Source of the DNA: Terrimesophilobacter sp.
GTDB lineage: Bacteria; Actinomycetota; Actinomycetes; Actinomycetales; Microbacteriaceae
Reading direction: 5' to 3'
Assembly: GCA_039920505.1 (NCBI GenBank)
Contig: JBDSDO010000109.1
Span: 1 to 60,363, forward strand
DNA length: 60,363 nt
Shown here: in pieces, positions 52,023-60,363 of the stretch
Layout: each line of letters starts with the position of its first letter
Position numbering within the stretch: position 1 is the stretch's first letter
Made by a program: the position numbers and the translations under genes
The notes under the pieces: model-generated
Seen by the model: only the letters and a program-made list of their open reading frames with translations
What the model was told of the DNA's origin: nothing
Database searches by the model: none

Positions 52023-52114
52023 ACAACCGAGTCTAGGGATGCGCGTTGACGTGCAATACGGGCAGGACTTACATTGGCCGAGGGGCATGCCGCTCCGCAC
52101 TGCAGAGGAGTTCC

Positions 52115-52900
52115 ATGGTCGAGACCGTGCAATCAGCGGATGGCACCACAATTGCGTTCGAGCGCAACGGAACCGGACCGGCGGTGATCCTGGTCGGTGG
52201 TGCGCTGAGCGCCCGGCAGGGAGCATCCGGCCTCGCGCAATTGCTGGCACCCCATTTCACCGTCTACGTCTGGGATCGACGCGGCCGGGGAGATAGCGGT
52301 GACACTGAGCCGTATTCGGTTCAGCGCGAGATCGAGGACCTTGCCGCCCTCGTCGACGCTGCCGGGCAACCGTGTTTCGGTTACGGGCATTCGTCCGGCG
52401 GGGCGCTGGGGCTGGAAGCCGCGCAGCAGGGCCTGCAGTTGGCTGGTCTCGCGGTGTACGAACCGCCCTACATGGTTGCGGGTGAGCCGGATGACGACTT
52501 CAACGGCCTCGTGTCCAGGGCGGTGTCGGAGGGCAGACCAGAGGAAGCGCTCGCCTTGTTCATCGGCAACGCCATGCCGGGCAGCTTGGATGAGATGAAA
52601 CAGTCGCCGTACTGGCCGGGCCTCGTCGCACTGGCTCCGACCCTGCCGTACGACCTCGCGCTGGTCCACGATGGGTCCATTCCCGCCGGGCGGTTCGCGG
52701 CCGTCGACACTCCCACTCTGCTGCTGGTCGGCGGTGACAGTCCGAGCTGGGCAGGCGAAGCGGCCGAGGCGATCGGCGCGTCCGTCCCCGGTGCCCTGCG
52801 TCGCACGGTAGCAGGACAGGATCATCGGGCTGCGAATGAGGTTGTTGCCCCGATCCTGATTGAATTCTTCGGGTCCCTGCAGCCGGCCACGGCGGTGTAA
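52115..52900 (+). CDS. Alpha/beta fold hydrolase
   Basis: SADGTTIA, WDRRGRGDS, GHSSG and GQDH motifs; GAGGAG SD; TTGACG-18-TACATT promoter. Confidence 0.9.
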   Translation: MVETVQSADGTTIAFERNGTGPAVILVGGALSARQGASGLAQLLAPHFTVYVWDRRGRGDSGDTEPYSVQREIEDLAALVDAAGQPCFGYGHSSGGALGLEAAQQGLQLAGLAVYEPPYMVAGEPDDDFNGLVSRAVSEGRPEEALALFIGNAMPGSLDEMKQSPYWPGLVALAPTLPYDLALVHDGSIPAGRFAAVDTPTLLLVGGDSPSWAGEAAEAIGASVPGALRRTVAGQDHRAANEVVAPILIEFFGSLQPATAV

Positions 52901-52990
52901 CTGCTTCGAACTCGCCGGCGCTGGCGCAGGCTTCCGGCGTGCCTCGACGTCGCGCGCGCGAGCCGGGCCCGAATGCGATACTTTCGACAG

Positions 52991-53341
52991 ATGGCTGTCA
53001 CCCGTTTCCTGCGGCGCTGGTGTATTCCGATACTCGGCGTCACGTTGCTGTCGTTCGGACTCGTCGTCTTTCTGACCCAGTCGACAATTAGCGCGTCGTG
53101 GACCGTGTACGACTTGGCGGCCGGGACGGCACTGGCCCCCGGAGCGCCCACTCTGCAATTCGGGCACGCCAGTGAAGGTCTGTCGCATCAGGTTCGACAG
53201 CTCAGCTTCAGCGGCCAAGTCTCCATCGCGGTGGGCATCGCTCTTCTGGCGGGATGGGTCGGATTCGCGCTGGGCAGGCGAAGGGTCGCACCACAGGACG
53301 TCGATGTGTTGTCGTTCTCCCAGGTCACACTCCAGGATTGA
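52991..53341 (+). CDS. Hypothetical two-TM membrane protein
   Basis: Two hydrophobic helices, ending GFALGRRR; start uncertain (52973 or 52991). Confidence 0.55.
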   Translation: MAVTRFLRRWCIPILGVTLLSFGLVVFLTQSTISASWTVYDLAAGTALAPGAPTLQFGHASEGLSHQVRQLSFSGQVSIAVGIALLAGWVGFALGRRRVAPQDVDVLSFSQVTLQD

Positions 53342-53491
53342 GCCGAAGGCTCAGCCGCATGGCGACCGTTATGCCGACAGACTTGCATCGCTCGCAGGCG
53401 GTCGGCAGCACCACTACAGGTGTCAACACCGCGGCGCGGAAGCTCCGGGAACGACACATTGACTTCGACACAGAGGCCGTAGCCTGATGAG

Positions 53492-54673
53492 GTGTCGAAT
53501 CCAGGAGTGAAACCGCGGCTCTCCCGCGAGGTCATCGTGCTCGGCCTGATTGCTTTCTTCGTCATGGTGGGATTCGGTGTCGTCATCCCCGTGCTGCCCG
53601 TGTTCGTTCGCAGTTTCGATGTCGGATACACCGAAGTCGGCGCCGTGATCTCCGCGTTCGCCCTCATGCGACTTGTCGCCAGTCCATTCTGCGGCAAGCT
53701 CATCGACTGGGGTGGCGAGCGAACGATCCTGGCCGTCGGCATCGGTATCGTTGCGGTGTCCAGCGCGATGGTCGGAATCGCGCAGAGCTATCTCGAAGTA
53801 CTGCTGTTGCGCGGCGCAGGCGGTATCGGCTCGGCGATGTTCTCCATTTCTGCCATGACACTGCTGCTGGGGACCACCGACCGGTCCATGCGCGGTCGTG
53901 CGGTCGGCTTCTATCAGGGCGGATTCCTGATCGGCGGGATGGCCGGCCCGGCGCTCGGTGGCCTCCTCGCCATCATTTCGTTGCGTGCGCCATTCTTCTT
54001 CTACGCCGGCACGCTCCTTGTCGCCGGGGCTGTCGGCTTGGCGTTTCTGCGCCCGAGCTCGGGCGAGGTGGCGGAGGCGGCATCCGAGCCGGTCCCAGTC
54101 ATTCCGTTCCGGCGGGTACTCGCCGACCCGCGGTTCCGGGCGGCGTGCTTGGCGAACTTCGCCTCCGGCTGGGCGTCCCTCGGGGTGCGCAGTGCTCTTG
54201 TTCCCGTGCTGGTCGTCGAGGTGCTGCATCGCACCGAGTTGTGGACGGGCATCGCCTTCGCGATCGCTGCGGTCGCGCAAACTCTCGCGCTGGGTCCCGC
54301 GGGGAAGTTCGTCGACACGGTCGGGCGTCGCCCGGCCATCATCGGGGCATATGCGCTGGCTGCCGCAGTGATGGTGGCCATCCCGTTCGCCGGCGACATC
54401 TGGATGCTTACGGCACTGCTCTGCGTCTACGGCATCGCCGCGGCCTTCATGGGTACCGCTCCCGCCGCCGCCGTCGGCGATGCCGCCGGCGGTCGAAGCG
54501 GGCAGCCGGTCGCAATATTTTCCGCGTTTTCCGACCTCGGCGCCATCGTCGGCCCGCTCGCCGCCGGCGCTCTACTGGATGCCCTGTCGTACCAAGCCGC
54601 ATTCGGATCGGCCGTCGTGCTCATGCTGGCGGTATCCGTCTACGCGCTGCGGATGCCGCGCGATCGCCTGTGA
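53492..54673 (+). CDS. MFS transporter (12 TM)
   Basis: GKLIDWGGER and GKFVDTVGRR motif-A loops; TAGCCT 6 nt upstream of GTG. Confidence 0.92.
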   Translation: MSNPGVKPRLSREVIVLGLIAFFVMVGFGVVIPVLPVFVRSFDVGYTEVGAVISAFALMRLVASPFCGKLIDWGGERTILAVGIGIVAVSSAMVGIAQSYLEVLLLRGAGGIGSAMFSISAMTLLLGTTDRSMRGRAVGFYQGGFLIGGMAGPALGGLLAIISLRAPFFFYAGTLLVAGAVGLAFLRPSSGEVAEAASEPVPVIPFRRVLADPRFRAACLANFASGWASLGVRSALVPVLVVEVLHRTELWTGIAFAIAAVAQTLALGPAGKFVDTVGRRPAIIGAYALAAAVMVAIPFAGDIWMLTALLCVYGIAAAFMGTAPAAAVGDAAGGRSGQPVAIFSAFSDLGAIVGPLAAGALLDALSYQAAFGSAVVLMLAVSVYALRMPRDRL

Positions 54674-54742
54674 TGTTCGAGCCGGTGTAGCTGGTGCGCC
54701 GGTGCGCTGTTCGACTACGCTCGGGCGAACCAGAGAGGACCT

Positions 54743-55291
54743 GTGGTGACGCAGCAATCGGATCGCCCCGAAGTATGGCTCGAGCCGTGGTCGGACTCTG
54801 ACCTTGAGCTCCTGCGGCGCAACAACGTGTCGGAGATGATGACGTACATCGGTGGCCCCGAGACCGAGGAGCAACTGGTCGCCCGACACCAGCGGTATCT
54901 GGAACACTGGCGCCTCGGAACCGCACGGATGTTCCGGGTAGTGATCCCGGACGTGCCGCAAGGCGTCGGCGCGGTCGGGTATTGGGACAAGAGCTGGCAG
55001 GACACGCTGGTCTACGAATCCGGGTGGAGCATAGAGACCGAATTCCAGGGCAGCGGCATCGCTGTCCGTGCGGTCACCGCAGCGCTCGAACATGCGGCTC
55101 GAGTCGGGTCCCGCCGGTATGTGCACGCGTTCCCGTCCGTCGAGAACGAGCCCTCCAACGCGCTCTGCCGTAAGGTGGGCTTCAAATTGTTGTCAGAGTG
55201 CGACTTCGAGTACCCACCCTGTCACATAATGGGCTGCAACGACTGGAGATTCGACCTCGGTCAACTGCAACGCAACCCGGGAGCCGCCTAG
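54743..55291 (+). CDS. GNAT (RimJ/RimL-like) N-acetyltransferase
   Basis: FQGSGIA acetyl-CoA motif and NEPSNALCRKVGF. Confidence 0.88.
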   Translation: MVTQQSDRPEVWLEPWSDSDLELLRRNNVSEMMTYIGGPETEEQLVARHQRYLEHWRLGTARMFRVVIPDVPQGVGAVGYWDKSWQDTLVYESGWSIETEFQGSGIAVRAVTAALEHAARVGSRRYVHAFPSVENEPSNALCRKVGFKLLSECDFEYPPCHIMGCNDWRFDLGQLQRNPGAA

Positions 55292-55483
55292 CGGGATTCC
55301 CCACCGAAGATGTGCCGGGTGAGCGCTTTGAATGTCGCGGTCCATGTCCTCCAGTTTGACGTTGAGAGTCTCGAACTTCGCGTCGACCGCCTTAAACCTC
55401 GCGTTCATCGTGTCTCGTAGCCTGCCGATTCCGGAGGTGAGGGTGCGATTGAAGCTCGTGGTCACAATGCCGATCATGATCAC
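55288..55483 (-). pseudogene. Small TM plus coiled-coil protein, frameshifted and probably 5'-truncated
   Basis: MIGIVTTSF...MNARFKAVDAKFETL..DRDIQ; removing one A restores a compact end ALTRHIFGGESR* at 55288. Confidence 0.45.
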
Positions 55484-55605
55484 CTTCCATTGCGTTGGAG
55501 ATAGATTGCCTCGGCGTACCTTGGGGGAGGGAATGACGAACTGTGCTTCTCAGTTGTCGATGTTGATGCAAACGCATAGTCCTACGACCAGAAGGGCAGT
55601 CCGCC

Positions 55606-56670
55606 ATGAGCGACAACAGTGACACTCACCCCGAGCACCGGCTCCAACTCGGCCTGGATACCTTCGGCGATATCACCGTGGATGCTGGTGGCACATCGGT
55701 CTCACACGCCCAGTCAATCCGCAATGTCATCGAGCAGGCGGTGCTCGCCGACGAACTCGGCCTGGATGTCTTCGCCGTGGGGGAGCACCACCGCGCCGAC
55801 TTCGCCGTCGCTGCGCCCGAAGTCGTGCTGGCTGCCATCGCCGGGCGCACCTCCCGCATCCGGCTCGGTTCCGCCGTCACCGTGTTGAGTTCCGACGACC
55901 CAGTGCGCGTGTACGAGCGGTTCGCCACCCTGGACGCGCTCTCGCACGGACGCGCCGACATCATCCTCGGCCGTGGCTCGTTCACCGAATCGTTCCCTCT
56001 GTTCGGCTACGATCTCGCGGATTATGAACTGCTTTTCGAGGAGAAGATCGCACTGTTCGCCGAATTGCTCAAGGAGCAGCCGGTGACCTGGACAGGAAGC
56101 ACCCGGGCCGCCCTCACCGCCCAGTCGGTGTATCCGCCCACCGAATCCGGCTCGCTCACTACGTGGGTCGGGGTCGGCGGCAGCCCGGAATCGGTCGTCC
56201 GTGCCGCCCGCTACGGCTTTCCGCTGCTGTTGGCCATCATCGGCGGCGAGCCGCTCCGCTTCGCCCCCTACGTCGACCTCTTCAAGCGCGCCTTGGCCCA
56301 GTTCGGGCGCCCGCCGCTGCCGGTCGGCGCCCACTCGCCGGGACACATCGCCGCGACGGATGCCCAAGCCCGCGACGAACTATGGCCGCCATACTCGGTG
56401 ATGCAGCAGCGCATCGGTGCCGAGCGCGGCTGGGCGCCGATGACCCGCGAGCAGTTCGACCGGGAGGCAGGACCAGATGGCGCCATCTTCGTCGGCGCGC
56501 CGGAAACCGTCGCCGCCAAAATCGTGAAGGTGGCCCGGGGGCTTGGTCTGTCCCGGTTTGACCTCAAATACTCCAACGGCACTATGGCACACCAACAACT
56601 GCTCGAAAGCATTCGGCTGTATGGGCGAAAGGTTGCCCCGATGGTCCGCGAGCAGCTCGCTGCGAGGTAG
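55606..56670 (+). CDS. LLM-class flavin-dependent oxidoreductase (luciferase-like)
   Basis: VGEHHR, SAVTVLSSDDPVRV and GRGSFTESFPLFG motifs. Confidence 0.93.
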   Translation: MSDNSDTHPEHRLQLGLDTFGDITVDAGGTSVSHAQSIRNVIEQAVLADELGLDVFAVGEHHRADFAVAAPEVVLAAIAGRTSRIRLGSAVTVLSSDDPVRVYERFATLDALSHGRADIILGRGSFTESFPLFGYDLADYELLFEEKIALFAELLKEQPVTWTGSTRAALTAQSVYPPTESGSLTTWVGVGGSPESVVRAARYGFPLLLAIIGGEPLRFAPYVDLFKRALAQFGRPPLPVGAHSPGHIAATDAQARDELWPPYSVMQQRIGAERGWAPMTREQFDREAGPDGAIFVGAPETVAAKIVKVARGLGLSRFDLKYSNGTMAHQQLLESIRLYGRKVAPMVREQLAAR

Positions 56671-57098
56671 GCCGGGAACCCGCTTCTGGTTCGCCTCCTA
56701 GAAGGAGAATTGCAGCACCATCCCGGTCAATGAGCAGTGCTAGGCACTGTAGCAGCCCGCCTCCAGGTAACGATCGAGTAACGCCATATTCCCCGGGAAG
56801 GTAGGGCGTCAAGGGCCCGAAGATGGCCGCATTCGGTGCATGACGCGGCGGTGCGCGCAGCAGGGCTGCTAGGTTGGTCGAGGTCTTATGACCCACAAAA
56901 CCAGGACGCGACCGCGCAGCTTCCGCCTTGCCGGGAACTGTTGCGTGCGTATGGTGAAGCTCTGACGGAACCGATCCCGAGATTGTTCCAGCCCGTGCCT
57001 TAAGAGGTGCGCAGTGCGGTCGAAGCCACACCCGTTCGTCAGGAAGCGGACCTCGACCCGACCATTTCGTTGCGGTTGTGTGTTCTCTGGAGACCAAC

Positions 57099-58415
57099 GT
57101 GAACGAGACGATCGCTGTTCGAGCGCAGGAACTTTACAAAGTGTTTGGCCGCAGGCCGGCCGAAATGGTGAAGCGGCTGAAGGCAGGCGCGACCCGTGAC
57201 GCAGTCCCGTTGCTGGGCACGGCCGCAGTCATCGACGCGTCATTCGAGGTTCAGCGCGGCGAGATCTTCGTCGTCATGGGACTGTCGGGTTCCGGCAAAT
57301 CCACTCTGATCCGGATGCTCAACGGACTACTCGAGCCCACCTCCGGCACCGTGGAGGTCGGCGGCAAACGCATCACCGGGGTACCGGATGCCGCACTTCG
57401 CAGAATCCGCCGCGAGAACGTGTCCATGGTGTTTCAACATTTCGCGTTGCTGCCTCATCGCACGGTCATCGACAACGTCGCATATGCGCTCGAAGTGCAG
57501 GGAATCGGCCGCGACGAACGACTAGAACGTGCCCGCAAATACATCACCATGGTGGGTCTCGAGGGATGGGGCGACAAACTCCCCGATCAGCTTTCCGGCG
57601 GTATGAAGCAGCGGGTCGGTCTGGCACGAGCGCTCGCCGCCGACACCGACGTGCTGCTCATGGACGAAGCGTTTTCGGCGCTCGACCCTCTTATTCTCAG
57701 AGAGATGCAGGAACAGCTCGTCGAACTCCAGGCCGAGCTGGGCAAGACCATCATTTTTATCACCCACGACCTCAATGAGGCCATGTACCTCGGCGAACGC
57801 ATTGCCGTGATGCGGGACGGCCGGATCGTGCAGGTCGGCACGCCGCAAGACATCCTCACCGATCCGGCGAACGACTACGTCGCTCAGTTTGTGCACGACG
57901 TCGACCGCGCCAGAGTGCTCACGGCATCCAGTGTCATGGAACCGGCCAGGGCGGTCAGCACCATCGCCGGCGGTCCTCGGGCCGCATTGCGCGAAATGCG
58001 GGACCTGCAGACGTCCGCTGTCTTCGTGGTCGGCCGCGGACGTGTGCTCGTTGGAGCAGTACGCGACAATGACGTGCTGCGCCAGGTGAAGGCCGGCGTG
58101 AACGACCTCCACTCAATCATGAGACCAGTCGCCTCCGTGACCGGGGACGTGGCGCTCGCCGACCTCTACGAGGCCTCGGTGGAAAGTACGCTTCCGATCG
58201 CCGTAGTCGACGAGAAGATCCGGCTGCTGGGCGTGATCCCGCGCGTGACGCTGCTAGCAGCACTCGGGAACGTGTCGACCAACACCGCTGAAACACCCGT
58301 GATCGATAACCCGGTGACCATTCCCGTCAACATCATTACCGAGACGCTGCGTCGGGCCGCAGCCGACGCGGCGGCACTGGAAGACGTCACGGCAGCAGAA
58401 GGAGCTTCAGCATGA
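57099..58415 (+). CDS. proV: Glycine betaine/proline ABC transporter ATP-binding subunit (OpuAA/ProV) with CBS domains
   Basis: [30 protein letters not shown]; GGAG SD before GTG 57099. Confidence 0.93.
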   Translation: MNETIAVRAQELYKVFGRRPAEMVKRLKAGATRDAVPLLGTAAVIDASFEVQRGEIFVVMGLSGSGKSTLIRMLNGLLEPTSGTVEVGGKRITGVPDAALRRIRRENVSMVFQHFALLPHRTVIDNVAYALEVQGIGRDERLERARKYITMVGLEGWGDKLPDQLSGGMKQRVGLARALAADTDVLLMDEAFSALDPLILREMQEQLVELQAELGKTIIFITHDLNEAMYLGERIAVMRDGRIVQVGTPQDILTDPANDYVAQFVHDVDRARVLTASSVMEPARAVSTIAGGPRAALREMRDLQTSAVFVVGRGRVLVGAVRDNDVLRQVKAGVNDLHSIMRPVASVTGDVALADLYEASVESTLPIAVVDEKIRLLGVIPRVTLLAALGNVSTNTAETPVIDNPVTIPVNIITETLRRAAADAAALEDVTAAEGASA

Positions 58416-59410
58416 AGGACGATTTTTTTCGACTCCCGCTCGGCGACTGGGTCAAGGTGGCCGTTGACTGGGTCACCGACACTCTCGGCGGCGTCTTCGA
58501 CGTCATCCGGGCCGTCTTTCTCGGCCTTTACGAGGCCGCAGACTGGGTGCTCGCAGAACCGCCGTTCTGGGTGATCGTTCTCCTTATCGCAGCGCTCGCC
58601 TGGTATCTGCGCGGGCCGAGGTTCGGCATTACCGTCGGCGTCGGACTCTTTGTGATCAAACTGATCAATCAGTGGGACAACTCGATGGACACCCTTGCAC
58701 TGACCATCGTCTCCACAGTGATCGCTGTCGCCATCAGCATCCCACTGGGGATTTGGGCCGCCCAATCCGACAAGACATCACGCGTGGTTCGGCCGATACT
58801 CGACTTCCTGCAGACCATGCCAGCGTTTGTATACCTGATCCCTGCGATCATCCTGTTCCGGGTCGGGGTGGTCCCCGGGATCGTGGCAACGATCGCCTTC
58901 GCCATGGCCCCCGGGGTGCGGCTCACCGAGCTCGGTATCCGGGGAGTTGATAAGGAAGTTGTCGAAGCCGGCCATGCCTTCGGGGCTTCGCCCCGGCGCA
59001 TCCTGCTTCAGATCCAGCTGCCGCTGGCCAAGCCGACGATCATGGCCGGGATCAATCAGGTCATCATGCTGTCTCTGTCGATGGTCGTGATCGCGAGCAT
59101 GGTGGGCGCGAGCGGTCTCGGAAAGCCGATCATCCAGGCGCTGCAGCGAATCGACGTGGGACTCGGGTTCGAGGCGGGACTTGCGGTGGTCATTCTGGCG
59201 ATCATGTTGGACCGACTCACGGCCACCCTCGGCCTCGGCCGCCAGAAGCGCATCGCCCGAGTGCCGCGCGCCACAAAGATTTTGGACGTCACCACGGCGG
59301 CCGAGGATGCACCAACCGTGCCTGTCGGAGCCCTAGTGGCTGTGGCCGCGGATGGTGCGCAACCACCAATCGCCCGGAACACAGCATCGGGTGGAAAGGA
59401 CACAGTATGA
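58412..59410 (+). CDS. proW: Glycine betaine ABC transporter permease (OpuAB/ProW)
   Basis: [15 protein letters not shown] and EAGHAFG (EAA loop). Confidence 0.93.
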   Translation: MKDDFFRLPLGDWVKVAVDWVTDTLGGVFDVIRAVFLGLYEAADWVLAEPPFWVIVLLIAALAWYLRGPRFGITVGVGLFVIKLINQWDNSMDTLALTIVSTVIAVAISIPLGIWAAQSDKTSRVVRPILDFLQTMPAFVYLIPAIILFRVGVVPGIVATIAFAMAPGVRLTELGIRGVDKEVVEAGHAFGASPRRILLQIQLPLAKPTIMAGINQVIMLSLSMVVIASMVGASGLGKPIIQALQRIDVGLGFEAGLAVVILAIMLDRLTATLGLGRQKRIARVPRATKILDVTTAAEDAPTVPVGALVAVAADGAQPPIARNTASGGKDTV

Positions 59411-60312
59411 CGAAGCGTTTGATAACAACTGTCGCGGTCGGAGCAGTGGCTCTGCTTGGACTGTCGGCGTGCGCCGGCAGCGGAGGCAACGGTGATCCGG
59501 CAGCAGGCTCAACAAGGGGCGACGACATGTCGCTGACGATCGGGGTGTTCAACGGCTGGCCTGAGGGAGAGGCGGCATCATTCGTGTGGAAGCACGTACT
59601 AGAGGACAAGGGCTACGACGTCACGCTTGAATACGCAGACGCCGGACCGGTGTTCGCCGGTTTGAGCACAGGAGACTACGATGTGGCCTTCGACGGATGG
59701 CTGCCCACCACGCACAAAACCTACATGGACCAGTATGGCGACGACCTCGTCGATCTCGGCGCGTGGAACGAGGATGCCGTCCTCACCATGGCCGTGAACG
59801 AGGACTCTCCGGTCAAGTCGCTTGCCGACCTGGCGAAACACGGTGATGAGTTCGGCAATCGGATTATCGGCATCGAGCCCGGTGCTGGATTGACCGCAGC
59901 GGTCAAAGACAAGGTGATTCCTACCTATGGTCTCGAGGACATGGAGTTCGTCACTTCGTCGACGCCGGCCATGCTCGCCGAACTGAAGGCCGCTCTTGAC
60001 GATGGCGAGAACGTGGTCGTCACGCTGTGGCGCCCGCATTGGGCCTACGATGAGTTCCCGATCCGGGACCTCGAAGACCCCGAAGGCACGCTCGGCGCGT
60101 CAGAGTCGATTCATTCGATCGCCCGCGCTGGGTTTGAAGAAGACAACCCGAAGCTGACTGAGTGGATCAAGAACTTCAAGCTCAGTTCGGACCTGTTGTA
60201 TTCGCTGGAAAACGAACTGTACAACAGCGGCGCGGACGTCAGTGATTACGACGAGATCGTTGCTGACTGGGTGAAGAATCACCAAGACTACGTAGACACG
60301 CTGACCAGCTAG
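59407..60312 (+). CDS. proX: Glycine betaine ABC transporter substrate-binding lipoprotein (OpuAC/ProX)
   Basis: Lipobox LSAC; WLPTTH, GIEPGAG and LWRPHW motifs. Confidence 0.92.
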   Translation: MTKRLITTVAVGAVALLGLSACAGSGGNGDPAAGSTRGDDMSLTIGVFNGWPEGEAASFVWKHVLEDKGYDVTLEYADAGPVFAGLSTGDYDVAFDGWLPTTHKTYMDQYGDDLVDLGAWNEDAVLTMAVNEDSPVKSLADLAKHGDEFGNRIIGIEPGAGLTAAVKDKVIPTYGLEDMEFVTSSTPAMLAELKAALDDGENVVVTLWRPHWAYDEFPIRDLEDPEGTLGASESIHSIARAGFEEDNPKLTEWIKNFKLSSDLLYSLENELYNSGADVSDYDEIVADWVKNHQDYVDTLTS

Positions 60313-60330
60313 ATCCTGCTGACCCGGTGG

Positions 60331-60363
60331 TCGGGCCCGGACCCCAGTGGGGCCCGGGCCCGA
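60331..60363 (+). terminator. Terminator hairpin after the betaine operon
   Basis: TCGGGCCCGG.CCCC-agt-GGGG.CCGGGCCCGA; any U-tract would lie beyond the window edge. Confidence 0.65.

Noticed and set aside
56671-57098. c-di-AMP (ydaO) riboswitch upstream of the osmoprotectant transporter
   Set aside because: The conserved ydaO sequence blocks are not recognisable by eye; an Rfam scan would be decisive.

Overview
High-GC actinobacterial chromosome segment; gene content and order suggest Microbacteriaceae (inference). 1-32.4 kb is mostly core genome: a partial sensor kinase divergent from an MMPL transporter, an M23 peptidase, rpsB-tsf-pyrH-frr-cdsA, a cell-pole/cell-wall cluster (two DivIVA-domain proteins, lytic transglycosylase, AI-2E permease, YbbN-like protein), glgB-glgE/glgP/glgX, ligA, a DUF1023-type hydrolase and gatCAB. 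32.4-60.4 kb is accessory: a large ATP-binding LuxR regulator divergent from a small secreted two-Cys peptide, an L,D-transpeptidase, MFS transporters, a NYN-LOTUS protein, an ApcA-like (DUF6412) leader peptide upstream of a short yidC paralogue, a yciI plus frameshifted ECF sigma pair, vapBC, ArsR-SRPBCC, several hydrolases and oxidoreductases, and an OpuA/ProU betaine ABC operon. Most notable: (1) a probable ribosome-arrest switch with a variant RAPS motif whose own codons base-pair with the yidC Shine-Dalgarno and start codon; (2) the LuxR-STAND and secreted disulfide-peptide pair; (3) in-frame nonsense codons in frr, glgB and glgE plus several G>T changes at conserved residues, most likely DNA damage or sequencing error; (4) several internally deleted gene relics; (5) a PafBC/RecA-NDp-like promoter before ligA. 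No rRNA, tRNA, CRISPR array or intact transposase was seen. All family assignments come from motif recognition, not database searches.
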